From: Octopus vulgaris
Lineage: Eukaryota
NCBI GenBank assembly: GCA_951406725.2
Contig: OX597818.1
Coordinates: 103,354,001-103,418,000 of the forward strand
Direction: 5' to 3'
DNA: 64,000 nucleotides
Shown: positions 1 through 14,219 of the stretch, one piece after another
Layout of the letters: each line of letters begins with the position of its first letter
How positions within the stretch are numbered: the stretch's first letter is position 1
Position numbers and translations under genes: made by a program
Notes under the pieces: model-generated
What the model saw: only the letters and a program-made list of their open reading frames with translations
Databases searched by the model: none
Told to the model about the DNA's origin: nothing

Positions 1-549
1 CAATGCATGCTGCTCTAAGTTTCTCTCGTGGCATTTGAATCTCGCCCTATATTTTAATCGTATTCATTGAACTATCACAATTATACTCACAGTAGATTCA
101 AACTGCATATGGTATGCATATTGCATCTCCTTAAATCGTACCACGAAATGTTTTCGTTTTCTATGAATATTTTCGTAGCTCAATTCGAGCGTAATTGTAA
201 TGGGAAATACGTATTAAAGTTCAGCATAACTGAGGGTTTACTTCAAATAATATTTAGAGTAAAAATTGTCGGTGACGAAAACTATTATTCTCTTCTTATT
301 AGGGTATCATTTAAAAACTATTGGTTCTCTTCATAACTAAATTTTGTTCAAGTTCCAAATGTCTATGCAGTCACAATTTCTGATAGCAAAAAGCATAGAA
401 ATCTCACTAATATCACATAGAATCTTCAAACTTGTCGAAGTATGCATCCGATAATGTCATTTTGCACATAAGTAGAAGATATCCATTTGACAGATGAGAA
501 AATATATACAAAAATACATACATACATGCTTACATGCATACATATATAT

Positions 550-823
550 CATCGTGACCGACCAGGCTATCAGATGTTGCTACACATCGCTGATCACAAT
601 GCGCTTCGCATTGTTTTAGCCTTCGAATGATGCAACAGAAGAAAGAGTGAGGGAAAGTTGTGGCGAAAAAGTACAGCAGGGATTGCTACCCCCGCTGCCG
701 GAGCCTCGTGGAGCTTTAGGTGTTTTCGCTCAATAAACACTCACAATGCCCGGCCTGGGAAACGACACTGCGATCCTACGACCGAGAGTCCGCTGCCCTA
801 ACCACTGGGCCATTTCGCCTCCA
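550..823 (-). mobile_element. tRNA-derived SINE, family 3 (other copies 35157-35350 plus; head only 34113-34180 plus)
   Basis: Reverse complement starts TGGAGGCGAAATGGCCCAGTGGTTAGGGCAGCGGACTC (A box) and the body is homologous to 35157-35350. Confidence 0.75.
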
Positions 824-847
824 CACACACACACACACACACAGACG

Positions 848-884
<37 letters not shown>

Positions 885-1391
885 CATGCATGCATAAATA
901 CATTCATATTGTGTGTGTCAGTGTTTGTGAGTCCGACAACCGTTATAAAATTGATGTTCGTTTGTTCACTTCTCCGAATCATAGGGGTCTGACAAAAGAC
1001 TCCGAACGACAAAAGAGTCCTATAGAATACGTAGCAGAAGAACTAGGGTCGAGTCACTAGAGTACAGCTTTTCAGAGGATGTTCCAATGGTTGATAAAAG
1101 TAAACAATGAAAAAAAAATGGTTTTATACTATGAAGATACAAATTAAAAATCGATGATTTTTACTTTCACAGGTCCCAGGCGTAGTTGCATCCGGAACAG
1201 CAATTTTCACAGCTATTATGTCAAGAAAAATATAGTATTGAAACTTGACGGTTGTGAAATGAACTACTCTGACAGTTAGTCTGCTGGGAGAGTAATGCAA
1301 AAATCGTGAACTTTATAATTTTCATGTATAGCAAGTTGAATAGGAATAATAAAGGTGGGAAATTACTGTTAGTTAACAGAGAAATATATAA

Positions 1392-1485
<94 letters not shown>

Positions 1486-1676
1486 ATGTAATTATATGAA
1501 TATAATAAAAATTAAGTGTACTGATAACAGCACCAACATGGTAGAAATAGAAGTCAGATTGTCTCTAAAACCACATCGTGATCTCTTTTGTCGCTGCTGA
1601 AAAGCAAGGGAATGAGCAAAAATTATTTAACTAATTTTCAGTATATATACATATTGTGTATATATATATATGTGTG

Positions 1677-1742
<66 letters not shown>

Positions 1743-1763
1743 TACACACGCACACATATATAC

Positions 1764-1805
<42 letters not shown>

Positions 1806-1837
1806 GCATGTATACCTATATATAAACCATGATCAAT

Positions 1838-2087
<250 letters not shown>

Positions 2088-2575
2088 TCACGCCTAAGTT
2101 GACTTCGCCTTTCATCTTTCCGGAGTCGATAAGTACCAGTTAAGTACTGGGACCATGTCATTGAAAAACTGATAATCTAGTGGTGTAAGAACTCAATATA
2201 CATATACTTAAGTTTCTGTCAAGAACAGAGCAGGAATAAGAAATTAAAATGAAAAGGTAATAAGAAATCATGTCATGAACTTCACCAGCATTACATTTAT
2301 TTCTGCTGTAAGAAGTAAAGCACTCATAGTTGAGGGCTTGTGTGTCACCCTATAGCTTCATTGTGAAATGTACGGTCTACTTAAACATACGTGCATTGCA
2401 TATTATAGCAGAAAGAGTTGTAAGCGAATAAAGATCATTACGTACTCCCTCACTCCTTTTTCATTTTAATAAATCTGTGTGTCTGTCTGTCTATCTATTT
2501 ATCTATCCATCTATCTGGCTGTCAGTCGCTCCATATGTCTGTCTTTCTGTCTGTTTGTCTGTTTGTCTATCTATG

Positions 2576-2627
<52 letters not shown>

Positions 2628-2650
2628 AATCTATCGATCTCTCTCTCTCT

Positions 2651-2696
<46 letters not shown>

Positions 2697-2701
<5 letters not shown>

Positions 2702-3862
2702 AAGGTATGTAGAAAAATACAACATGGACAAGAACGTATAACTCTTAGAAGACGATACAATAAACACGGACAGGACATTCGAAACCCTCAGTCTTCAGTC
2801 AAGAACCGGATCATCGTAGTAATTTCGGCTGATTAATCTTGAGATTACTAGATCACGGCCAGCCCTCCAAGAAAAACTAAGCAACGAGCATTAGAAAAAC
2901 TAAGCTGGGAGCGTAGATTTCCTGGAAGAAGGATCGAATGCATACGAACACCAGGACAGCAAAAGGGACGAATATAAAAAAACAAAAAACAATAATGGAA
3001 TACAGAAACATGAAATACAGAAGCATTAACGGTGAAAACAACAACAAGTGTCTTACGACTGATAACAAGCAAACAAATTTTTTCTCTGGCGCATTGGAAA
3101 GGAGCCTTATCGGCGATGCCTATAGCGGCGGACGAAAAACAACGATGTTAACACGACGCTGGTGAGAAGCTGAAAGGCAGATTTCGGCCAGCAGTCACGT
3201 GACAGAGAAGAGAGAAAAGAAAAGAAAGAGAAGCAAAGGAAGAGAGAGAGAGAGAGGAGAGAGAGAGAGGAGGGACAAACGCAACAAAGAGAGAGAAGAG
3301 AGAGAAAGAAGGAATCAGAGAGGAGAAGGGATGGGTGTCGAAGATTGACCAGTGAATGCAGAGCGAGACAAAGAAATAGGAGGGTAGGGGAAGATTAGAC
3401 CAAAGAATCAGAGGAAAGAGAAGAGAAAAAGAGGATGAGTAGAGAGAAAAGAGAGAAGGGGACAGATCAAGTAAAAGTGAGAGAGAGAGAGAGACAAACA
3501 GAGAGTCGTACCAATTATTAAGAATATGTGCTCACATTAATGTTAAGAGGGTACGTGGCGCCTGGAATATATGTTAAGGTATGTAGAAAAATACAACATG
3601 GACAAGAACGTATAACTCTTAGAAGACGATGCAATAAACACGGACAGGACATTCGAAACCCTCAGTCTTCAGTCAAGAACCGGATCATTGTAGTAATTTC
3701 GGCTGATTAATCTTGAGATTACTAGATCACGGCCAGCCCTCCAAGAAAAACTAAGCAACGAGCATTAGAAAAACTAAGCTGGGAGCGTAGATTTCCTGGA
3801 AGAAGGATCGAATGCATACGAACACCAGGACAGCAAAAGGGACGAATATAAAAAAACAAAAA
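2697..3862 (-). mobile_element. Element with ~290-bp near-identical direct repeats (2697-2987, 3571-3862) around a ~580-bp purine-rich non-coding core, flanked by (TA)n
   Basis: The repeats are offset by 874 bp with only a few substitutions, and the ORF track gives near-identical peptides from both. Strand is inferred from similarity to other TA-embedded elements. Confidence 0.7.
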
Positions 3863-3864
3863 TA

Positions 3865-3908
<44 letters not shown>

Positions 3909-4718
3909 ACGAAGGCAGGTGGTGTACAAACAAACAAATGTATCAGTATAGCGCTCAGGAATAGAAAAACTCTTTTGCGTTTCGAGCCTACGCTCTTCGA
4001 CAGAAAGATAAACAGAAAAAAAGGAGAGAATATATATATATGTATGTATCTACATACGCACACACTCACACACACACACACTCACATATATATAGTGTAA
4101 CTAATGAGAATCTGTTCAAAATGCTTAATACCCATATTTTGGTTTGGACGAAACGTTTTATTCCTTAGCATAAGGTTAAACAGTTTCTTTGCGTATATTT
4201 ACATATATGAAAGCTAAAATACAAAAATGTCTTCACAAAACAAATGTTCCTCTACAATGGTTTTACTGAAAACATATTCGTGAATGTTTTCACACGCTGT
4301 GTTTTACATGCACAACACAAAAAAATGGAATAAAAAGATCACGTTACAAAAAGGTTTTCCTATTCATAAAAGTTTCGTGAATAAATTTCAGTGAATATGG
4401 TTGCCAAAAGAAATTATGTAACAGATGCAAGATTATATATAACTGACCGAGTCCATGGTTTTTGGTGTCGTTCAACCGCCCAACATGATGCTCTATTGTA
4501 ACTAAAGACAACACACAGTCACACACATATAAAAACCATATTTGTGAAAGGTCGACTCGCTTTCGACTAAATATACATGCATAAATATAAATAGGATATA
4601 TACATATATATATATAGTCCGAGAGAGAGAGAGAGAAAGAGTAAGACACATATATATATATATATACGCACACACATGTATACATACATAAATATACGTG
4701 TATATATATACATACATG

Positions 4719-4754
<36 letters not shown>

Positions 4755-5327
4755 CATACATACATACACACATACATACATACATACATATATATATATA
4801 TATATGTATATATATTTAACATATAGAAAGTATTTTTCAAGAATAAAATCGTAATTCAATCAATGATACCTCCATAATAATTGCTGATATTTACACTTTA
4901 ATCTTTAATATTTTCTATTTCAATACACAAAACACATTTTCTTTCACTTAGAATCCACATAAAACTTCGATTATGCTTCAGTTCTACTGCATTATTATAG
5001 GCCACCAATTTCACCACCCTAATTCGTTTTGTTATTTACAGTTTAAAAAAAAGTTTTATTTTATCTTTTAAATTTCAATGAACACAATTTCACATTCTAT
5101 TCAAACAAATAATATGTATATTATATTATATTCGTATATTTTAGTAATTTTTTTTTCGTCTTGAAAACATTTTCTTGTCTGCGAAATTCGCGCCTAATGT
5201 ATATGTTATACGAACGAACCTCTCGATGTTTCTCTCTCATTTCAGAAATGTATACGTGTGTGCGTATGAGTATGTGTGCGTGTGTATACATATGCGTGTA
5301 TGTGTGTATATATGCTGTGTATGTGCG

Positions 5328-5365
<38 letters not shown>

Positions 5366-5471
5366 CAGTATATTATACATATTTGTGTATGTGATAGAGC
5401 GTGTGTATGTATATATGTATATAAATCTATGTATATATATATGTATGTATATACACATGTGTATATATGTG

Positions 5472-5546
<75 letters not shown>

Positions 5547-5739
5547 TTATATATAAATAGATAGATAGATAGATTTGTGTGTGTTGTTTACATGGTGTTG
5601 TCACTTCAGGACGTTTTACTAGAATTTTGCGCTATTGCAAACAGTGTCAAGGTTGACAGTGGCGTGCAATCTTTGTTTACCTTCTGAAATATGTTATCAG
5701 TGTTGTAATTCCTACTACTAAGAATTATTCTTTTATACT

Positions 5740-6290
5740 CTAGGCACAAGGTCCGATATTTCGAGGGAGGGGCCCAGTGGATTATATCGACCGCGGTACG
5801 CAACTGGTACTTAATTTATCAACCCTGAAAGTATGTAATGCAAATTCTATCACGGCGGAATATGACCGCATAACGTAAAAACAGACCAAATGCCACCAGG
5901 TATTTCGCCCGAAATGCTAACGTTTCTCATTTCGTTATTGCCCACAAGGGGCCAAATATAGAAAGGTCAAACAATGGCAGACAAAGAGATTCGGTCGATT
6001 ACATCGAGCCCAGAGCTTAATTGGTACTTGATTTTGAACTCAGAACGTAAAGGCAGACGAAATACCGCTAAGCACTTCGTCCGGAGGGACAAGGCACGAA
6101 CTTTTGGGGAATGGGGCCAGTCAATTAGATCGAACCTACTAAGAAACTTGTACTTAATTTATCGCCCTGGAAATGATGAAAGGCAATGTCGACCACGGCG
6201 GAATTTGAACTCAGAATGTAAAGGCAAACGAAATACCGCAAAGCACCTCGCCCGGCGCGCTAACGTTTCTACCAGCTCGCTGACTTATTA
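5740..6290 (-). mobile_element. SINE family 1 cluster (fragments)
   Basis: Reverse-complement matches to the family 1 head and core, several times over. Confidence 0.8.
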
Positions 6291-6753
6291 ATGCAAATAT
6301 CAACTCAGTGCAGAAATCCAGCTTGAGATGTAAATAATTTGGTGGTATAGCTATTCACAAATACTCATTGCTATTTCAATCTTCATCTATACATTCATAG
6401 ATTCGAAGAAAAACTACACTCAACTACTTAATGAAGCAGTAACTGAGGCGAATATTAAATGTTTAGGAGTTCCTCCTGGAATTTCCTTTTCTCATTATTA
6501 ATTATTTTTTCTTCTCGGAATGAAGTATATTTTAATGTTTAAACGTAATGATTCTGATGGAGGTTTCATATCTGAATCAACTTTAGGTTGTTTATATGTT
6601 TGTAATTTTTTCTTATAAAATATTAAATTCATATAACTGTATGTATTTTATGTATTAATATATACGGGTTCAGAGGAGTACGACAGAAATGTGCGTTTGT
6701 ATTGCTGTATGTACATTTGTGTATGTTCATTCTCGTATATATATATATATATA

Positions 6754-6790
<37 letters not shown>

Positions 6791-6791
6791 C

Positions 6792-6823
<32 letters not shown>

Positions 6824-9015
6824 TTATATATACATATATATATATATATACATATACATACACACACACATATATAATATATATATATATATATAATTGT
6901 ATGAGTGTGTTTATGTGTATATATATGTATATATGTGTGTGTATGTAAGCATGTATGTATTTATCTGTATAGAAACAGAGACAAAGTGAGTGACAGACAG
7001 ACAGACAGACCGAGAGAGCACGAGGTAGATATTGAGGCAAAATAATCAAGAAACGACATCAATTACAAAATTCAATACGTAAATATAAAATACACTTTAA
7101 TAAATATTAATTGATGAATTTTAACGTACTCATTTTCGCTTTGCCATTCTCACAGGAGATAATAAGAGATTGCTGCTTCTTAAACGGCTTGCTATTTAAA
7201 TAAAATTCAAAATTTTATATAAATGAATGCCAGATTTTTATTGTTTCATGATTTAAAATGTCAAACGTGAGATATCCTTTCAAATGGTCTATTTCGAGTT
7301 AACATATTCCTTTCTCCTTTAATTCTGATGCTGTTATGTAGTATTTTTTAAACAACTTGATGTATGTTATTAATTGTTGCGCAAGTATTTCGTGTTTGCA
7401 TAAACGATTCTTCAGTTCATTTAATCTATTCGAGCAATATTTTGAAAAGTGGATTTGCCACTTACAACTTAAAGTTTTCGTAATTGAACCAGACCTACAA
7501 TCGTCAAAATAAAGTGCCACCTCTTCTGCATTATCGTACAAACATTTTCTCTTTTGAACCGGATGTTTAAAACTTCGCTTACATTATCAAAATAAAAATA
7601 AAAAAGAAATCTTCGATTTTCATAGCATTCCATACACTGTTTTGTCGATGGAGTTGTAATTCCTTAACGGACACAGTTAAAATTGTATGATGTCGGTTTT
7701 GGAGATGAAAAATAAATTGAGGGCTTTAAGAGTGCTTGTGTGTCGCTCAGTGGTGAGCGTTAGATATAAACGGAACTGATGTTGTGATTTAGGTTTGAAA
7801 AATATTAAGTTTGTGAATGGGCGACACCAGTGGGGAATTCATGTATCAGCTAAGATTAGTTGAGGATATTGAACTGACACATGACAATTGTTTCAGGGTT
7901 TGTTGAGATAGATATTCAATCCAGGAGCAAATATGTTCGAAAATATTTTAAAAGTAAGGAGAATGATGAAACGAGCTGACGCTTTTGGAAGTATTGGCGA
8001 GTAAAAAACTGGAAGTCATCGTGGCTGATATACAGGTACGAGTTCTGAATGAGAAGGAATGGAAATTCAGATATGCACCGACACGGGTGAGCACTATCTG
8101 GAGTTGTGTTGAATGTTCATTTTGAATTTAACAGCAAGTAATTCTGTAAAGATCGACATTATAGAATTACCAGCACAATGTAATAACCAGAACGAGAAAT
8201 GAAATAATCAACCATAGCATTTATAACAGAAAGACATGAAATGGATGTATAGATGCGTTTAAATATTACCTCGGTGGTTACGAACAATGAAGTAAATTGG
8301 TGGCGAAATTCTAGTATTTTTCCACACCTATCTATTAATATTTTCAGTTTTATTTCCACGAATGTGCAAAAGTTTGATGACAAGAGTAATTTCAGTACTG
8401 TGATGGTAATGAATTTTCCCATCGGCACTTGCAGTGAAAGTAAGACGAGATCGAAGTTAGAAAGATGATTGCCCGCTTGCATTCGTATGAGCTAACATTA
8501 TACTCTTGTACGTGCTCGCCCGCAAGGAATTAATGCCAATACAAGTATGGCTTTAGCCTTAATAAGATAAGAAAGCCCTGAAATTATTTTGAGATACAAA
8601 ATCCTTTCTACGTTTAATAGATTATCAAATTTTACTTCCTTTGTAATCAGTAAAGCCATACTCTTCAATAGTCTCTGTTTTCTTGTTGTAAAATATAGTT
8701 CCAATAAGCCAACTAAGGTCGATACAATCGATTTTGTCTCAGCTCTACATGCATGTGATGAGAGATATCGTATTGATGTATATAGAAAAAAAATTAAAGC
8801 AGTTTCATTTATAATTTCCGATGTATATTACTTGCGTATACTAATTGTAGAAGAGAGGTTTTGAACAGACTTGTAGGGTACATCGTATAATTAAATAAAA
8901 CATCCACGTAAAAGAACGGAGAGTACCTTCAAGTAAATATTTAATATGGGAAATTTAAGAACCGATAGAAAAATAAGTCTAGTGTACAGTCATATTGTTA
9001 ATAATAGGTCAGAAT

Positions 9016-9230
9016 AAGGCGGCGAGCTAGCAGAATCGTTAGCACGCCGGGCAGAATGTTTAGTGGCATTTCATCCGTCTTTGCCCTTTGATTTCAAATG
9101 CTACTGGAGCCGACTTAACCTTACATCATTTCGGGTTCGATAAAATGAGTATCATTTGAGGACGAGTTTCGAATTAATGGACTTACCTCCTCCCCTGAAA
9201 CCACTAGCCTTGTCCCAAAATTTGAAACCC
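9016..9230 (+). mobile_element. SINE family 1 (diverged)
   Basis: AAGGCGGCGAGCTAGCAGAATCGTTAGCACGCCGGGC head and core. Confidence 0.8.
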
Positions 9231-10352
9231 AATTTCAGAATTCGAGATACATTGCTAAGTATAAAATATAGATCCAATATTGAGATTAAAATATGAAGAA
9301 ATATATTCTGAATAATCTTATAACTGGCTATTTGTGTTCCAAGTTTAATATTTTGGGGATAAATATCCTGACAAAACGATAACATAAGCTTTAGACACCG
9401 TTATGTTTAAAATATTTTGCAGATCACTTACATGATATCTACGACTTGTGACATGTTCCTTAAATGGTTGCTAATATCAAATATTACCAAACATTATATA
9501 AACTCTGGCAATCACACAAACCTACGGCTAAATGCTATTTGACCATACCCGTTTCATACTTCTGTTAATCTGCAAGCAAGTTAATGTTGTCCAAATTATT
9601 CTCAATTCTTTAAAACGGTGGGATCTGAAGAGAGATAACAATTGTCTTCTATAAATAACAGTTGTAGTGCCTGAATAAGGTTTCCATCGACAGCTCATTC
9701 AATAAATGAATATACTGACGCAATAAATAGAATAGTTTAATCATAGAACAGGCGATATGTAAAATATTAGGAAATGAATTCGTGATCTCCGCTTCTGTAG
9801 TTAAATATTTTATGATGAGAAGTATCATATGAAACACATCAACATATTTTATATAAAGAACATGCAAGTTTTATTCTAAATAATATGACGGCTATGTGCA
9901 GGAAGAGCATGAGAATAAATATTACTGAAATAATGGGGATAAATTACCCTTGATTTTTTAGAGGTATTTTTGCAGTTGTATATAGTATCACCATTGGCAC
10001 CATATTCATTCACATATAATATTATCTTCAGAATCATCATAATTTCTAAGTATACGGTGACGATGAAGCAAACAAATAGCTCTGATGTGATGTTGCATAG
10101 AGACGTTGAATTAGTGAGTAGATCTCCATCTGACAACGGATTTATTCACTGAATATAATTTGAAAAACGTGCATTTCCTCTGAAAAAATAATATCGAAAT
10201 AATGAGGATGACACTACGTAGTCAGAAGGTATCCTACATATATAATATTTTGATATTACATTGGTCAGTGAAGAACGATAAATTTGTTAATGAAATCATA
10301 AATTTATAAATAAAAGACAGGAAAAGTATCACTTTTTTCATCATTGAAATGA

Positions 10353-10778
10353 TATCTGCTCGAAGAGAGGTGATCTGGAGCTAAATAACTGAAGACTGAG
10401 AAACGATATTTTGATATTACATTGAAAAGATAATTAAAACGATAAATTGTTGTATAATGAATGATATTGCAATTATAGATACTTAAATGCGTAGAGTAAT
10501 GATGTGTTAGTCGTAGGTGGACAATCTTTGATCACATATTTCTTCATCCAAAAACGAACTTATCTGCTCGAAGAGAGGTGATCTGGAGCTAAATAACTGA
10601 AGACTGAGAAACGATATTGACACTTGATATACTAGAAAAGATAATTAAAACACTTTCAGTATTGTTGTATAATGAATGATATTGCAATTATAGATACTTA
10701 AATGCGTAGAGTAATGATGTGTTAGTCGTAGGTGGACAATCTTTGATCACATATTTCTTCATCCAAAAACGAACTTAT
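10353..10778. repeat. Tandem duplication, period ~208 bp
   Basis: TATCTGCTCGAAGAGAGGTGATCTGG at 10353 and 10561; both units end CCAAAAACGAACTTAT. Confidence 0.9.
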
Positions 10779-11124
10779 TCACTCGTGAATATGGCGGCCG
10801 AAAATAAATTAATCCTCTGTTAAAGTGATCAGTGTGAATGATCGACGACGAGGTTATTACTAGTGGAAAACTATATTTACCAGGATAATTTGTAATGCGA
10901 GTAGAGTGTCACATATAGCTTAGAAACAGAATTATCCAGTGTTATTATAGAAGGTTATACTATAGTCTATAGAAATTCGTTTCATACTTGTAGACTTTCT
11001 TCCTTCGCAACCAAACAGATAACCACGATTAGAATTAAGATTTAGCGTGAAACTATGATATTATATATCTGCCCATACATTTCATGCACCTTTTCTCTGC
11101 AAGAATATGTTAAATTTAAAAGCA

Positions 11125-11175
<51 letters not shown>

Positions 11176-11419
11176 GAAAACCAAATATAAAAGCACGATA
11201 TATATATATATCATATATATATATATATATATATAGTATATAATCATTCGTAAGAAATACATACATTTACATATATATATATTGTGTGCATGTATATATG
11301 TGTCTGTGTGACTGTGTGTGTGAGAGTGAGTTTGTGTGTACATGTGCGTATTTTCACTGAGTCTTATTGTTTATGAGATATAGTGTAATAAAATATATCG
11401 AGACAAGAAGAGATATAGA

Positions 11420-11655
11420 AAAGGCGGCTAGTTGGCAGAAACGTTAGCACGCCGGGCGAAATGCTTAGCAGTATTTAGTCCGCCGTTACGTTTTGAGTTC
11501 AAATTCCGCCACGGTCGACTTTGCCTTTCATCCTTTCAGGATCGATAAATTAAGCACCAGTTATGCACTGGTGTCGATGTAATCGACTTGATCACTTTAT
11601 CTGTCCTTGTTTGTCCCCTCTATGTTTAGCCCCTTGTGGGCTATAGAGAAATAAG
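11420..11655 (+). mobile_element. SINE family 1 monomer with 15-bp TSD
   Basis: Full A box/B box/core. TSD aagaagagatataga (11405-11419) vs aagaagggatataga (11653-11667). Confidence 0.88.
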
Positions 11656-13084
11656 AAGGGATATAGATTTAGATGCATCTCTCTTTCTAGATCTCGTTCA
11701 TATATATTTGTCTATTCGTATACCTATTTTGAATGAACCTAAAATATATTGAAAGTCCAACGCCATTGAGTAACTAATAAAGGTGAAATAAACATCAGAA
11801 ATCTCTCTCCACATGCAGACGATTCAGGAGCTGAACAAAGGTTTTGGAAGCTCTTCTTCTAAATCCATCCCAATGTTGCCAACTCTTTCGTATAATCAGC
11901 TGGCATCTCAAGGTTACAAGTATTTTTGCGCCTCAGCCGCTACATTTCGCCTGAGGGAGTCGGCGAGGAGTGAATTAGTCTTCGACGGCAGAAGAGTTCC
12001 ACGTGTGGTCTTTTATCAACCATTGCCACCTTAATCTTCATCCTGATGCCCTTCCCTATACCTTGGGGGATTTTTTCACTCGTTTGGATTACAGACAAAT
12101 ATTTTGCAGGAAATAACACATTGGTTTATCTGTAACTACTGTATATTGCAGCATTCGATAATTTTTTAATCCAATATGAATTACTGAACGATTTTCCGTG
12201 CTCATCTCAGAAATACTGCAATAATTCTTCTTGATATATTTAAGATCAGTTGAAGTCTAGAAAACAATTCGCTTCCTTTTATACAAACAAAACGAGAGAG
12301 GAAACAGATATAAAAGAATTTTTGAAGACTGTTTGTAGATTCTCGTCAGGAATGTTTGATAGATGTTATAGTCGAATCATATCGGTACATATTGCAGACG
12401 AATCATATGTACCCATAGCTGGCATAAAGTGATTAAGTGTAGTCAGCATTGCGTGCTATAGTTAATTAACTCGGGTGAGGTTGGCAGATCGTAGATCGAA
12501 TGAATTAGACCGGGAAGAACGGGAGGAGAACAAATGTTGGTCATAATGCAACGTGAAGGAAATATGTAATGTTTTGTTCACATTAACAGGCCCCCAAATC
12601 CTCGGAGATCAAATAGCCATCCCCTCGTATGAAACAGCGCGAGTGAGTAATGTTGTCGAGAATAGGACTGTCAAGATTCTTTAACGATAAGTGGTGTTTG
12701 AGTGTGAGACTACTTCTCGTTGAAATAAGGAAGGGAACACACATTTATTCAGTCCATTATCTACAGGTTTATTTCCCTGCATACATTTACGGATACAGGT
12801 ATATGTATGTAAATATATATATATGTGTGTGTGTGTGTGTGCGTGTGTGTGTGTGTATGAGTATGTGTGTGTGTGACTATGTATATATATATATCTATAT
12901 ATATATATGTATGTATATATATATACATGCATACATATAAATATACATACACACACACAGATATATATATACATATATACACCTATGGTGTTGCAATGCG
13001 TTGGTGCGGATAATTGAATTTAATATTATAGTGAATTGAAGAAATGGAGTTGAACGAAGATTGAACAGAAATCGTTTTATTGCA

Positions 13085-13164
13085 TTCTACACGTATTTCG
13101 AAAGGCACAATTTACCAAATTCCGATTGAATAAGGAGACCATATTGTGTCTTTCTCTTCAGGAA
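13085..13164 (-). ncRNA. Type I minimal hammerhead ribozyme, inverted copy
   Basis: Reverse complement: ttc-CTGAAGA-gaaagacacaat...attgtgcctttc-GAAATACGTGTA-gaa, with stem II 11/12 paired. Confidence 0.75.
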
Positions 13165-13257
13165 GAAATAGAAATCCGTTGAAAAAACAAAAACAGAACA
13201 GAGGCGGAGCAAAACAAATCGAACGAGGCTCCTAAGAGCCCATGGCCAAACTATTTC

Positions 13258-13335
13258 TTCCTGAAGAGAAAGACAATATGGTCTCCTTATTCAATCGGAA
13301 TTTGGTAAATTGTGCCTTTCGAAACACGTGTAGAA
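13258..13335 (+). ncRNA. Type I minimal hammerhead ribozyme (PLE-type)
   Basis: ttc-CTGAAGA-gaaagacaat...attgtgcctttc-GAAACACGTGTA-gaa: intact core, stem II, palindromic stem III ACACGTGT, GUA site (13330-13332) and 3-bp stem I. Confidence 0.8.
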
Positions 13336-13390
13336 TGCAATAAAGCGATTTCTGTTCAATCTTCGTTCAACTCCATTTCTTCAATTCACT

Positions 13391-13438
<48 letters not shown>

Positions 13439-13480
13439 ATATATATGTATGTATATATATATATATATATATGTAGGTAT

Positions 13481-13574
<94 letters not shown>

Positions 13575-14048
13575 GGGTTCAGTAAAAAAAAATTACTTTA
13601 CCACACACCGAACTTTCAGAAATAGCAGCCAAATAATTTTAGCCATTTCTTCTACTATGAGAAAAGTCTCCAATACACCCGCACTCACATATATTTATAT
13701 AGGTATGTGTAGATGTGTATCTATGGCTATAAGTATATAGGTATACTAGCACTCTCGAACACAACCATATATTTAACAACATAGAGATGGAGAAAGTGAG
13801 GAAGAAAGATAATATATTCAACGCACGTCAATACCATCTTTACAAATTGTATAAAGTAATACATTCACGTACACATATAACATAATACATTGTTTGTGCC
13901 ATACAGTCAAATAGATATGACCGAAACATATAATACAAAGTATACTAGAGAACATAGATATGTAGGTTGCAGTTTGTTTGCTCTTGGGAAATAATATCAG
14001 CGCTTGTTTTCAAATATTTATTACAAAGTTTGTCAATAGAGTTGATCA

Positions 14049-14117
<69 letters not shown>

Positions 14118-14181
14118 CATATACTTATATATACACGCATACACACACATATATATTCATTTATATATTTACTAATATATG

Positions 14182-14219
<38 letters not shown>

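Larger units (their letters stand above)
7800..11000 (+). pseudogene. Possible very ancient L1/Tx1-like LINE relic
   Basis: Weak collinear traces only: FISTNVQ..CSESK (8349-8445, APE start-like), ITLDFLEVF (9943-9969), SPLAP (~9990) and VYGDD (10050-10064). Motif spacing requires deletions. Confidence 0.3.

Noticed and set aside
3555-3567. TGGCGCC as a tRNA primer-binding site making 2697-3862 an LTR/TRIM element
   Set aside because: It lies before the second repeat rather than after the first, and the match is only 7 nt.
11420-11510. tRNA genes suggested by A/B boxes
   Set aside because: All are SINE heads continuing into SINE bodies; none forms a complete cloverleaf with terminator.
11790-12090. 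Decayed LINE 3' end (VTSIFAPQPLHFA*GSRRG)
   Set aside because: The resemblance is too weak to support without a profile search.
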